Of a stretch of 57,063 nt of DNA, positions 46,054 to 55,796 are shown one piece after another. The stretch's first letter is position 1, and each line of letters begins with the position of its first letter. Position numbers and translations under genes: made by a program. Origin of the DNA: Nitrosovibrio sp. Nv4 (GTDB lineage Bacteria > Bdellovibrionota > UBA1018 > CAIMNF01); contig CALPVV020000002.1 of NCBI GenBank assembly GCA_943327105.2, positions 1-57,063 of the forward strand, given 5' to 3'. The notes beneath the pieces are model-generated. The model worked only from the letters and a program-made list of their open reading frames with translations, was not told the DNA's origin and did no database searches.

Positions 46054-47207
46054 TTGATTGCATCCTGATAAATTTTAAAGAAATCCTGTCTCGATACGGT
46101 CTTTTCATTCGAACCATGGCATGGGTCTTTGATGGCAAGGTCTGCCAGCTTCTCGATATGAGACGCATTGACGTTCAAGTCTTTCAAACTTTGAGGAATG
46201 CCGAGCTTTTGATTCAGTTCACGTAACCATGAAATGAATCCTTCTGCAGTTGCGTTTTTAAGTCCGATTGTTTCGGCAATTGTTTTCATGCGTTGGTTTG
46301 AAACAGACGCATTGAATTCCATCCCATAGGGAATCATCACTGCGTTGGCAAGCCCGTGGTGCATGTCAACCAGAGTGGACAGTGGGTGAGCAAGAGAGTG
46401 AACAATGCCAAGGCCTTTTTGAAATGCAGTTGCACCCATGAGCGCACCCATCATCATTTTTGCACGTGATTCAAGATCCGGGTTTAGGGTTGCTTTTTCA
46501 AGACTTTCTGCGATCAGGCGAATTCCTTCGAGTGCCACTCCATCACACAATGGCGAAAAGCCTTTTGCGAGGTAAGCTTCCACGCAGTGAGTGAGTGCGT
46601 CGATTCCGGTTGCAGCAGTAACGAAAGCAGGCAAACCCATGGTGAGTTCAGGGTCAGCAAAAACTTTTTTAGCCATGAGACGAGGTGAGAAAAGAATTTT
46701 TTTCTCATGAGTGACATCGTCAGCAATGACGGTTGAGCGACCGACTTCTGAACCGGTACCGGAAGTAGTCGGTACAGTGACAAAATACGGCACTGCTTCG
46801 GTTACAAAACGATCTCCGCCAATAGCGTCATCATAGTCGAACAAATCGAGTTTGTGATGAACTTTCAATGCAATTGCACGGGCAACATCCATGCTGGCGC
46901 CACCGCCAAAACCAACGATCGAGTCGCAGCCGGTTTGGTGAAAGCATTCAGCGCCCTTAAGTACATTCGACTTCACCGGATTTTTTGCGATTTCAGAAAA
47001 AACAGAAACATCTAATCCGCTGGTACGGATCATTTTCAAAACATTTTCAAAAACCGGAAGTTTGACCAAACCTGCATCGGAAACGATCAGGACTTTTTTC
47101 AATCCCTGTTCCTTCAAGTGTGGTCCGAGTTCGTCGATCACTCCCTTTCCGAATCGAATTGACGTTGGAAAATTGTAGTTATAGCGGCTATTCGTATCAA
47201 ATGACAT
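46050..47207 (-). CDS. iron-containing (group III) alcohol dehydrogenase
   Basis: GFGGGASMDVARA, metal-binding His cluster regions (ALTHCVEAY, VHSLAHPL). Length is 385 aa. Confidence 0.9.
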   Translation of the reverse strand: MSFDTNSRYNYNFPTSIRFGKGVIDELGPHLKEQGLKKVLIVSDAGLVKLPVFENVLKMIRTSGLDVSVFSEIAKNPVKSNVLKGAECFHQTGCDSIVGFGGGASMDVARAIALKVHHKLDLFDYDDAIGGDRFVTEAVPYFVTVPTTSGTGSEVGRSTVIADDVTHEKKILFSPRLMAKKVFADPELTMGLPAFVTAATGIDALTHCVEAYLAKGFSPLCDGVALEGIRLIAESLEKATLNPDLESRAKMMMGALMGATAFQKGLGIVHSLAHPLSTLVDMHHGLANAVMIPYGMEFNASVSNQRMKTIAETIGLKNATAEGFISWLRELNQKLGIPQSLKDLNVNASHIEKLADLAIKDPCHGSNEKTVSRQDFFKIYQDAIK

Positions 47208-47224
47208 GATTGAGACCCTCTCTC

Positions 47225-48565
47225 TTAAATGATTTCAAAATAACGTTTGTATTCCCAGTCAGTGACTGCTTTTGCGTGTTGTTTCCATTCCCATTCACGG
47301 GTACCGGCGAAGTGGTTCACAAAAGTTTCACCAAACAGTTCTTTTGCAACATCAGAGTTCTTGAATGCTTGAGTTGCGTTCCATAGATTGCCCGGAAGAA
47401 TTCCATTCGATACATCACGATAGCCATTGCCTTCGGTCGCCTTTACATCAAGCTTGAGGCCTTTTTTGATTCCGTAAAGACCGCTTGCAAGTGATGCCGC
47501 ATGGGCAAGATAAGGGTTTGCATCGCTTCCCACCACACGAAGTTCAATGCGGGTTGATTTTGAGCCGCCGGGAAGTGCGCGAATCGAGGTAGTACGATTA
47601 TCGATTGCCCAAGTCACAGTAGTCGGTGCCCAAGCTCCCTCAACCAGTCGTTTGAAAGAGTTGATGGTTGGCGCATACATTGGCAAGACATGAGGCATGC
47701 AGTGAAGCAAGCCAGCGATGTAGCTTTCCATAAGAGAGCTCATCTTGTGATTGCCTTTGTCGTTAAAGAAGAGATTGTTTTTTTCATCCCAAAGGCTCTG
47801 ATGAAGGTGGCCTGAGCAGCCGGGAAGTTTTTCGCTGATCTTTGCCATGAAGGTTGGCATGATGCCGTGACGAAGTCCGATTTCTTTGACTCCTGCCTTG
47901 AAAAGAACAGCGCGATCTGCCGATTCAAGCACATCACCGTAAAGGATCGCAGCCTCAAGTACTCCGGGGCCAGTTTCAGTGTGCAAGCCTTCCAGTGGAA
48001 CATTGAATTCGAGCATGAAATCATATAGCTCATTCAAAAATTCAGAGTTTCTTGCCATTCGAAGAAGTGAGTAACCGAACATTCCCGGAGTTAACGGAGT
48101 CGGTTCATGAAAATTGCGGGCATTCAGATCTTCAGTATTTTCACGAAAGTTAAACCATTCGAATTCTTGCCCGAAGAAAGCCTTGAAACCTGCTTTTTCA
48201 GCATCAGCTTTGGTTTTCTTCAAAAGATTGCGAGGGCAAATATCGATATTAAAATCACCAAGAAGGAATGGAACCTCGTTGTCCCAGGGTACGTTTCTGA
48301 AAGTACCAAGATCAAGATTGGCAATCGCATCTGGATAACCGGTATGCCAGCCAGTGAAGTTCATTCCTTCATAAGCCAGATCTGCCGAGTCCCATCCGAA
48401 AACAACATTGCAAAATCCAAAACCGCTTTCGAGAGAACTCAAGAACTTGTCTTTGTGAAGATATTTTCCGCGCAAGATGCCGTCGATATCCGTGATTGCC
48501 ACCTTTACTTTCGGATTGGGCGAGTTCTTGATTAGTTCGATGATTTGTTCTTTAGTTGGATTCAC
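47225..48565 (-). CDS. glutamine-synthetase-family gamma-glutamyl-amine (PuuA/GlnA4/IpuC-like) synthetase
   Basis: GS catalytic-domain motifs GQEFEWF, PGCSGHLHQS and NPYLAHAA. Length is 446 aa. Operon context with a PuuD-like hydrolase. Confidence 0.8.
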   Translation of the reverse strand: MNPTKEQIIELIKNSPNPKVKVAITDIDGILRGKYLHKDKFLSSLESGFGFCNVVFGWDSADLAYEGMNFTGWHTGYPDAIANLDLGTFRNVPWDNEVPFLLGDFNIDICPRNLLKKTKADAEKAGFKAFFGQEFEWFNFRENTEDLNARNFHEPTPLTPGMFGYSLLRMARNSEFLNELYDFMLEFNVPLEGLHTETGPGVLEAAILYGDVLESADRAVLFKAGVKEIGLRHGIMPTFMAKISEKLPGCSGHLHQSLWDEKNNLFFNDKGNHKMSSLMESYIAGLLHCMPHVLPMYAPTINSFKRLVEGAWAPTTVTWAIDNRTTSIRALPGGSKSTRIELRVVGSDANPYLAHAASLASGLYGIKKGLKLDVKATEGNGYRDVSNGILPGNLWNATQAFKNSDVAKELFGETFVNHFAGTREWEWKQHAKAVTDWEYKRYFEII

Positions 48566-49893
48566 GAATGCTCCTTGGGTGCGTTAGTTTTAAAGTGAAA
48601 CCATCCATATGAAATGCCCAGAATGGTTAAAAAAATGAGACCGAGTTTAAAATTGAAGTAAAGCATTGAAAAAAAACTGACGACCGCTATCGCCAACGCC
48701 AACGTTTGTGCATAAGGGTAAAATGGCGCTCGGAATGGTCTGTGCATTTCAGGTTCTGATTTCCTCAGTTTGAAAAAAGAAATCAATGAAAGAATGTACA
48801 GGGTGATTGCGCCAAAGCAGGCAATGGTAATGATTTCGGAAGTCTTGCCTGAGTAGAGGGCGATGAGGCCGACCCCCATGTTTGCGATCAAAGCCATCGC
48901 GGGTGTTTTGAATCTTGAATGAATCGTGCCAATTGCCTTTGGGAAATATCCAAAGCGGCCAAATTCAAAAGTGACTCTGCCCGCGGCCAGGATGAGTCCG
49001 TGAAAAGACGCGATTAAGCCGAATAATCCAATCGTGAGCAGTAAATGATAAAGCATATTATCTTTACCTACGATGTGGGAAAGTGCCAGTGGAAGGGGGG
49101 AGTCGGATGTGATTGTTGAGTCGATGCTCGGGTAGACGATCGATTCCCACCCAGCTACACCGATGGAAGAGATGAAGGTAAGCACGCAAAGAATGACCAG
49201 CGTGATGATTGAACTTCCAAAACCAAGAATCACATTTCGCTGAGGGTTGATTGTTTCTTCAGCTACGTTGGCAACGCCTTCGATACCAAGAAAAAACCAA
49301 ATGGCGAAAGGGATGGAGGCGAAGATTCCTACAAAACCGTTTGGAAGAGCATTTGCTTGAAGATTGGCCAACTGAAAATGGGGAAGGGTTACACCGGAAA
49401 AAATCAGAAGCTCAATGACTGCAAAGACCGTGATGAATAATTCGAAACGGGCTGCTGCTTTTACTCCGATGATATTGAGAAGGGTAAAAATGAAAAAGGC
49501 TACGGTAGCAATTCCAAAAATCGGTAATGACGGAAAAAATTCGTGGAAATAGGCGCCGATTGCAAATGCAATGGCAGGCGGTGCGAAAAGAAACTCTATG
49601 ATTTGAGCAATACCTGCGATGAAACCCAGTTTTTCACCAAGGGCTTTGCTGGCATAATCAAATCCACCGCCGGCTTTGGGAATCGCGCAAGCCAGTTCGG
49701 TATAACTGAAGGTGAAGATCACGTACATGGTTGCGATGAAAAGGGTCGAGATCGCCAGTCCAAGAGTGCCCCCTTCCGGTAAGCCGAGATTCCACCCGAA
49801 GTACATTCCTGAAATGACATATCCAACGCCCAAACCCCAAAGACTGATTGGACCAAGACTGCGGTTGAATTGTTCATGTTGATTTGATTGCAT
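48562..49893 (-). CDS. APC-superfamily amine permease, ethanolamine-permease (Eat)-like
   Basis: The N-terminus LGPISLWGLGVGYVISGMYFGWNLGL resembles the ethanolamine-permease family. 12-TM layout, with a GGAG RBS upstream. Confidence 0.7.
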   Translation of the reverse strand: MQSNQHEQFNRSLGPISLWGLGVGYVISGMYFGWNLGLPEGGTLGLAISTLFIATMYVIFTFSYTELACAIPKAGGGFDYASKALGEKLGFIAGIAQIIEFLFAPPAIAFAIGAYFHEFFPSLPIFGIATVAFFIFTLLNIIGVKAAARFELFITVFAVIELLIFSGVTLPHFQLANLQANALPNGFVGIFASIPFAIWFFLGIEGVANVAEETINPQRNVILGFGSSIITLVILCVLTFISSIGVAGWESIVYPSIDSTITSDSPLPLALSHIVGKDNMLYHLLLTIGLFGLIASFHGLILAAGRVTFEFGRFGYFPKAIGTIHSRFKTPAMALIANMGVGLIALYSGKTSEIITIACFGAITLYILSLISFFKLRKSEPEMHRPFRAPFYPYAQTLALAIAVVSFFSMLYFNFKLGLIFLTILGISYGWFHFKTNAPKEHS

Positions 49894-50093
49894 TCATCTC
49901 CTTGAGTACGAATAATCGTAATCAGAAAAATAAAAAACTTCACGATTTATGCTGACTAAGTCTTAAAAAATTAACCCTTTATGAGTGGGTGCATTAATTA
50001 ATGAATGGATTGAGATTCAATGAAATTAATAGATAGAACATCAGGGAGTTAATTAGTTGACTGATTAAGTCTACTTGTGTAACCTTCTGCTCG

Positions 50094-50615
50094 ATGTTGA
50101 AGCTTTTAAGTGCCTTATTCATAATGATTCCATCACTTGCCAATGCATTTGTCTTTGATGAGCCAACCATGTCTGAATCGGTTTTGAAACGTGTTTTCTC
50201 ACTTCGTTCCGAACAAAATCTTCATGAACTTGACCATCATTCTACACTCGATCGTGTTGCATCACGAGTAGCGCAAGCCAATCTCAATCGTGAAGACGGT
50301 TATATTTTGCACGTTGATTCAAAAGGTAAAAGACTTTCAGATCGGATCAGTGAAGAAGGTTATGAAGGTTTTGCTGGCGAAATCGTAGCAGTGGTGTACC
50401 TCGTGCCGTCTGAATCGACTCAAGAAAGAATTGCTGAAGAGTTCAAGAACTTGGTCAGAAATTCAAAATCACATTATCAAGGATTGATGGCCCAAACTGG
50501 ACATGGTTGGACCGAATACGGTTCAGTGCTTTTGGAAAGTAGGGTTTTCAAGAACGGATATTGGATGCAAAAATATTCTTTTGCCTTGGTGCTAGGTTTA
50601 CCTGGTACCAACTAG
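50094..50615 (+). CDS. secreted CAP/SCP (YkwD-like) domain protein
   Basis: Signal peptide. LRSEQNLHELDHHSTLDRVASRVAQ followed by GFAGEIVAV fits the CAP-domain order (N-x-x-R...L...A..hA, then GENi) only loosely. Confidence 0.4.
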   Translation: MLKLLSALFIMIPSLANAFVFDEPTMSESVLKRVFSLRSEQNLHELDHHSTLDRVASRVAQANLNREDGYILHVDSKGKRLSDRISEEGYEGFAGEIVAVVYLVPSESTQERIAEEFKNLVRNSKSHYQGLMAQTGHGWTEYGSVLLESRVFKNGYWMQKYSFALVLGLPGTN

Positions 50616-52429
50616 TGATTGAATACCGGGCATTCATAAATTCCTTTTCCTTTTGGTCGTGAAGGCCCTGGAATGTTATCAAACAAACCGATGCTGGTAT
50701 CGGCGCTTTTATCAGCTGTTTGTAGCGATGCTTTCGGGAAAAAGCATTTGAAGAAAACGCCACAACTGTTTTGAGGGATGTTTTTGGGTTTGGTTTCGGT
50801 CTCATCGAATGCGATACCCGAAATAGTTGGGCTCTTGGGTGGGTTTTTTTGTCCCTGTTTTTTACAGGAATAGGTGATTTGAATGCTGGCACGACGGAAT
50901 TGTCGGTAGTAATCCTGAAACTTTTCTTTAGAAATCTTATTTTTGGCCGATTCCGGGATGTAGGAATCGACTTCTGCTTTTGGTCGGCACTTCCAGGCTT
51001 CAGAAGCCGGAATTTTGCTTGCGCAATCTTCTAAAATATTTGCGGTTGGCGGGTTGTTTTTACAGAATTCGGTAGAGGAAGGCATCCAGTTTTCCACTCC
51101 AAATAACTTCGGCGGTCTTGGTCCACAGGTGCCGGTAAACACCCTATTTCCATTTGAGTCATAATATGAATTTTCGTAAGCAGAGCGCGATTCATCATCG
51201 TCACGGGAAACAGTGGGGGTGATTCCAAGAATCGATTTGGTTTCTTTTTCGAAAGCCTCTTTCATCGAATTCGCACGTTTTTCTGAAAGATCGGCATTTG
51301 ACTTTTCACTAGATGATCTCAATGTGCTGGCACAGGATTTCACTTCGGCAGAAATGCTTTCCACACCGTTCGCGCAATTCGGATTGTTTTTTGCTTTTTC
51401 AAGGCAACTGTTTATTTTTTCAATCGATGTCTTATCAACTTCGGCATTGTTGTCATCAAACGTTTGATGGTTCAGGTCACAATAATCGGTGAATTCAACC
51501 GGAGGAAGTTCTGCTTCTGGACCTCCCGGAGAAGGAGAGCTTTGACTGAAGGGCGGTGTTTGTGAACCGAGTTCTCGGTTGAAATTTGCTTGGTTCGCGG
51601 TGACCGTTTTGCAATAAAGCGGTTTTCTGGCGTAAATCTTCTCAAGATTTGAATGCTCTAATTTTAATAAATCGGAATGACTCATCTTGCTTAATTGTTT
51701 GTCTGTCGGGTTGATGATGACCGCCTTCATGGTATCGAAAGCGAAGTTGATTTTAAGGTTTTCGAGTTCTTTGTCATTCAAAGAGGTTCTTTTCTTGATG
51801 CCTCTATTCAATTTTAACGATTTCTTTTCAAGGTAGGCCTGAGTTAAAACTAAGTCCATTTCTGCAAGCGTATCTTTTGAGTTGATCGTTTTTTTTGCGT
51901 GTTGCTCGAAATAAGACGAACGTTTATCTGAATTGCCTTCCTTGTACTGATCTTTCATCATTGCCTTCAGTTCGGCGTCCCGGTACCAAAGATGGTCTGA
52001 AGCCGTTTTCAATATCGCAATATTGTTGAGTTTCATTTTATCGGCAATTTTATTCGGGTCCAGTTTTTGCGCCATTGCGTCCAGTGACTTCTCATCTTCA
52101 ATTGCCTTGAAAAATGACTCTTTATCGCTGTTTTTAAAAAGTGATTCGTGTGCACGAACCAGTTTGTTGAATTCTTGGTATTGTTCGGCATAAAATCTGG
52201 CCTGATTCGGAACGATTGTTTTCTCTACCAGCTTTTTTCTCGCTTTTTTAATCTCCAGTTTTTCTTCTTCATCGAGGGCGGAGACCTTTTTAAGGTGTTC
52301 ATTGATTTCTTGAAGCGTTTTAGAGTTGGATGAACATGTTGGGCATTCAACTGAGGTTTGAGCCATGGTAAAATGGATTGGTATGATTTGGTTCAAGACT
52401 AAAAAGGTGATCCATAGTTTTAACATCAT
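50612..52429 (-). CDS. large secreted hypothetical protein with OmpA-like N-x2-LS-x2-RA motif and Cys-rich C-terminus
   Basis: Start placed at MMLKLWITFLVL, a signal-like segment; the ORF is open to 52468. It has a Lys/Glu-rich helical N-half. NADLSEKRANSMKEAF resembles the OmpA/MotB peptidoglycan-binding signature. Confidence 0.45.
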   Translation of the reverse strand: MMLKLWITFLVLNQIIPIHFTMAQTSVECPTCSSNSKTLQEINEHLKKVSALDEEEKLEIKKARKKLVEKTIVPNQARFYAEQYQEFNKLVRAHESLFKNSDKESFFKAIEDEKSLDAMAQKLDPNKIADKMKLNNIAILKTASDHLWYRDAELKAMMKDQYKEGNSDKRSSYFEQHAKKTINSKDTLAEMDLVLTQAYLEKKSLKLNRGIKKRTSLNDKELENLKINFAFDTMKAVIINPTDKQLSKMSHSDLLKLEHSNLEKIYARKPLYCKTVTANQANFNRELGSQTPPFSQSSPSPGGPEAELPPVEFTDYCDLNHQTFDDNNAEVDKTSIEKINSCLEKAKNNPNCANGVESISAEVKSCASTLRSSSEKSNADLSEKRANSMKEAFEKETKSILGITPTVSRDDDESRSAYENSYYDSNGNRVFTGTCGPRPPKLFGVENWMPSSTEFCKNNPPTANILEDCASKIPASEAWKCRPKAEVDSYIPESAKNKISKEKFQDYYRQFRRASIQITYSCKKQGQKNPPKSPTISGIAFDETETKPKNIPQNSCGVFFKCFFPKASLQTADKSADTSIGLFDNIPGPSRPKGKGIYECPVFNH

Positions 52430-52556
52430 GCTTTTTCTCCAAAATACTTTTCGGAATTCTGAGAGCATGAGTTGAATTTATGAGAATGCCGTCAAGCCGC
52501 TGACGAAGGTATTGAGTTGATTGCTTAAATCCAGAGATCACGGCATTCTTGAATCC

Positions 52557-53054
52557 ATGAGCCAATCCGAAATCCAATGTCCATGCTGTTCAGGCAAGAA
52601 GTATGCTGATTGCTGTCAACCGTTTCACAAGGGTGGGGCCCTGCCTGATACCGCTGAGAAGTTGATGCGTTCACGTTATTCCGCCTACGTAAATCATCTG
52701 ATCGATTATATTGAAATCACCAGTGATCCGCGTTTTCGTGATTCATTCGACAAAGAGGCTGCAATGGAGTGGTCAAAGACTTCAGAATGGTTGGGACTTG
52801 AAATCGTTGCTACACGTGATGGACAACCGGGTGATCAGCAGGGTGAGGTCGAGTTTAAAGCCCGCTATCAGCGTGAGGGTAAAGAAACGGTTCATCATGA
52901 GGTGAGTCTTTTTACCTTTTCGACCAAAGAAAAACGCTGGTTTTACACCGATGGTAAAGAGGTGCTTGAGCCACTTCGTGCCGAAAATAGAGTCGGTCGA
53001 AACGATCCATGTCCATGTGGAAGTGGTAAGAAATTCAAAAAATGCCACGGTTAA
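52557..53054 (+). CDS. ychJ: YchJ family protein (UPF0225, two SEC-C zinc motifs)
   Basis: N-terminal [19 protein letters not shown] and C-terminal [20 protein letters not shown] at 52557 is preferred to the TTG at 52521. Confidence 0.9.
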   Translation: MSQSEIQCPCCSGKKYADCCQPFHKGGALPDTAEKLMRSRYSAYVNHLIDYIEITSDPRFRDSFDKEAAMEWSKTSEWLGLEIVATRDGQPGDQQGEVEFKARYQREGKETVHHEVSLFTFSTKEKRWFYTDGKEVLEPLRAENRVGRNDPCPCGSGKKFKKCHG

Positions 53055-53148
53055 ATTACTGTAATTAATGAATTTTTTAAGTTATTAAAAAATGACGCAG
53101 TAAATTAATTTAGTTGATTTATTTAAAGAAGTCTTATAAAAGGCTTTC

Positions 53149-53661
53149 ATGAAAAAGATCAATTTAATGTCAGTAATGGGTATTTTCCTTTTATCAGCGA
53201 GTGCTCAGGCAGCCAGCGATCAATCGGTTGAGATTGAAGCATTTCAAAGTATCAATAACTCTCGTACAAATAGTTACAAAGCAGAGTGCAAGCAAATCGA
53301 AAAAGATGCACAAGAACGCATGAATGCTTTTCTCTCGGTTAATCCGGACATCAATCCCTCCCAGGTGAATGTCATGACCACATTCAGTTATGACTTCAAT
53401 TATCGTGGTGGGGTGATGGGTGGTGGTTTGGATTACCCTCAGCGAATTTACTCATGCGCTTTACGTGTACGTTTGAATGACGACACGAGAAAACTGAGCA
53501 TTGCAAAGTCTGATGTTTACTACACTGGCCGTGGAAAATACCTGCCTTGCAAGGAGTTGAAATCAGAAATCGACAAAAACCCAGGTGTAATTTACAGCGA
53601 AGTGAACAACAACCTGATTCGCTGTAATGTGAAGCCGATCATTCTGATTGAAAAAAAATAA
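53149..53661 (+). CDS. secreted hypothetical protein
   Basis: Signal peptide MKKINLMSVMGIFLLSASAQA. 170 aa with four Cys residues and no recognisable domain. Confidence 0.5.
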   Translation: MKKINLMSVMGIFLLSASAQAASDQSVEIEAFQSINNSRTNSYKAECKQIEKDAQERMNAFLSVNPDINPSQVNVMTTFSYDFNYRGGVMGGGLDYPQRIYSCALRVRLNDDTRKLSIAKSDVYYTGRGKYLPCKELKSEIDKNPGVIYSEVNNNLIRCNVKPIILIEKK

Positions 53662-53710
53662 ACAGTTATTGATAAGCTCCTTTCATAACATTAATGAAAG
53701 TTGTTATGGT

Positions 53711-53752
53711 AAAAGCCGAAATTTTCCATGTGGAGATTTCGGCTTTTTTTAT
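53711..53752. terminator. bidirectional intrinsic terminator between convergent genes
   Basis: 12-bp stem AAAAGCCGAAAT (53711-53722) pairs with ATTTCGGCTTTT (53736-53747). It is flanked by A- and T-runs and overlaps the stop of the minus-strand gene. Confidence 0.7.
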
Positions 53753-54744
53753 TTTCGGATTCCAAAGCAAATCACAGGCGAAAAGTAATCAAGTTCCTTG
53801 CCTTTGAATTTCCGCTTATATTGATCAACACCGATATAGGAGTTGTTATCAGGTGATACGTGTTCGGGATGAAGCGTCCCGTTCAAATCATAATAGAGCG
53901 AACCTTTATGCAATGAAGATCGAATCGCTGCCCATTGAGCACAGGCATTCAGGCTGATATTCGGGCAATTTTCACCCCTCTGTTCGTGGGCATAGAAGTA
54001 GTAACTCACATCGAAGGTGTGAAGAACCAGTATTTCAGAAACACTATCACTGTCAGTATGGCTTGCCCTGATGATCTCTCCTTCTAGAATACTTTCGTTT
54101 TGATGATTCAGGAGTGCGTGAATCCAAGGTTCTTCAGGCACAAATAACGATCTTGATTCGTAGAATGAACGTGTCTTTCTCCAAAAATCAGAAATCCCAT
54201 CTTCAAAACGAATCGATTCTGTTTTAACGCCAGCATGGGTAGCACGATTGATTTCGTGGCGGACTCTTGGTGGAAGTTGCAACCATTGCTTTTGTTCGCT
54301 GTCAGTTATCGGAATCAGCATGGTCTGGGCAAGGTCGGTTTGATCAATCGGAAACGCGAGGTTTTTTGCTAAAAACAAAAAGTTTTTTTGATCGAGCCTG
54401 GGTCTGATTTTGATGGTTTTGAGGTAGGGGTGTCCCTGGTGAAGTGCATAAACAGCCATGCTGATCTGCTCGTTCAGGTCTTCAGCATTATTGATGGATT
54501 GCCAATTCAAGATCGGGCCATTGATGCATTCGGCCTCGTCTTCAAAAATGATATAAACCGCGCTGACTTTTCTCTCGGGAGAAAAGACAACAACACTGTT
54601 GCCATTGAGTGACTCGATTGCGTTTCCCCAGGCTAGGGTTTGGCTAAGAGGCGCTTGTGCGAAGCGTAGTTCATTCCACTGTCTGATTTCATCAACGCTT
54701 AAATCACGAATGGGCTTTACGATCCAGGTTGCGCTCATGATCAA
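53749..54744 (-). CDS. FemAB-like / GNAT-fold peptidoglycan-peptide aminoacyltransferase family protein
   Basis: 331 aa. The order of segments (APLSQTLAWG..., PPRVRHEINRATHAGV, YYFYAHEQ, ACAQWAAIRSSLHKGSLYYDLNG, YKRKFKG) parallels FemAB-family proteins. Confidence 0.5.
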   Translation of the reverse strand: MIMSATWIVKPIRDLSVDEIRQWNELRFAQAPLSQTLAWGNAIESLNGNSVVVFSPERKVSAVYIIFEDEAECINGPILNWQSINNAEDLNEQISMAVYALHQGHPYLKTIKIRPRLDQKNFLFLAKNLAFPIDQTDLAQTMLIPITDSEQKQWLQLPPRVRHEINRATHAGVKTESIRFEDGISDFWRKTRSFYESRSLFVPEEPWIHALLNHQNESILEGEIIRASHTDSDSVSEILVLHTFDVSYYFYAHEQRGENCPNISLNACAQWAAIRSSLHKGSLYYDLNGTLHPEHVSPDNNSYIGVDQYKRKFKGKELDYFSPVICFGIRK

Positions 54745-54893
54745 AATGATACCGGAAGCTGAGGAATGAATAAAACCATAAAAAGCGTCAAAAGAGAGTC
54801 GTGACTTTCCTGGATTACCGTCATTTCATTGTGATTTTCTTTAATGAACAAACTTGGCAAACTTGAAGAATCAAATTGTAAGGAGCTGCCAGA

Positions 54894-55769
54894 ATGAAAA
54901 AAATAAATTTACTGTTTTCTGTTATGAGTCTGTCATTGATTGCAACCGGATGTGCAACACGCATTGCTGGTTGGGATACCAAAACCAATGTGGTGTCTTT
55001 ATCTGCAGGTGAAGTTAAAGTGGTCAGAGCCGAAGCAATTAAGCTATGGCAAGGAAGAGTCGAGCAAAAAAATCTTGAGGGGGCTCTTTCAAGATTTGAA
55101 AAGCTTCACGCTACCAATCCTGCCGACCTTGATGCTTTGATATATTTGACACGCGGATATTATTTTCTTGCTGATGGCCATCAACAAGATATCGATCAAA
55201 AGAAAAAAACTTATGAAATTGCGGCAAGTTTTGGTGAAAAAGCGATGGCTACAAACGCTGCATTCAAGGCTTCGATTGACTCAGGTAAGAACGTTGAAGA
55301 GTCTTTGCCAACACTGACAAAAACCGAAGTTCCGGCAATTTATTGGACTGCCGCAAGTCTCGGCAAATGGGCCAAAGCATCAGGAATTGCAGCTGCTTTG
55401 AAGTATAAGACTAGAATCAAAGCCATGATTGAAAAAGTCGAATCGCTGCAACCAGATTATTTTTTTGCAGCTCCTAGCCGCTATTGGGGAGCGTTTTATG
55501 CAGTTGCTCCATCGTTTGCAGGCGGTGATCTTGGAAAAAGTAAGATTAATTTCGATAAATCAATCAAATTGGCGCCTGAATATTTGGGCACTCAAGTTCT
55601 TTTTGCTGAATTGTATTTAACAAAAAAAGGAATGAAAAAGGAATTTGAAGAAACGTTGAATGCGGTGATTTCTTCAAAGCAGGACATGCACCCAGAGCTT
55701 GGTCCAGAGAATACGATTGAAAAGAAAAAAGCAAAGCGATTACTTGAAAAGAAAGATGATCTTTTTTAA
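54894..55769 (+). CDS. TRAP-transporter-associated TPR lipoprotein, TatT family
   Basis: Lipobox LIATGC and a TPR-like helical body with AIYWTAASLGKWAKASG. It lies directly upstream of a DctP-type binding protein. Confidence 0.6.
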   Translation: MKKINLLFSVMSLSLIATGCATRIAGWDTKTNVVSLSAGEVKVVRAEAIKLWQGRVEQKNLEGALSRFEKLHATNPADLDALIYLTRGYYFLADGHQQDIDQKKKTYEIAASFGEKAMATNAAFKASIDSGKNVEESLPTLTKTEVPAIYWTAASLGKWAKASGIAAALKYKTRIKAMIEKVESLQPDYFFAAPSRYWGAFYAVAPSFAGGDLGKSKINFDKSIKLAPEYLGTQVLFAELYLTKKGMKKEFEETLNAVISSKQDMHPELGPENTIEKKKAKRLLEKKDDLF

Positions 55770-55796
55770 TCCCTCTTATCGAATAAAGGAATTCTT

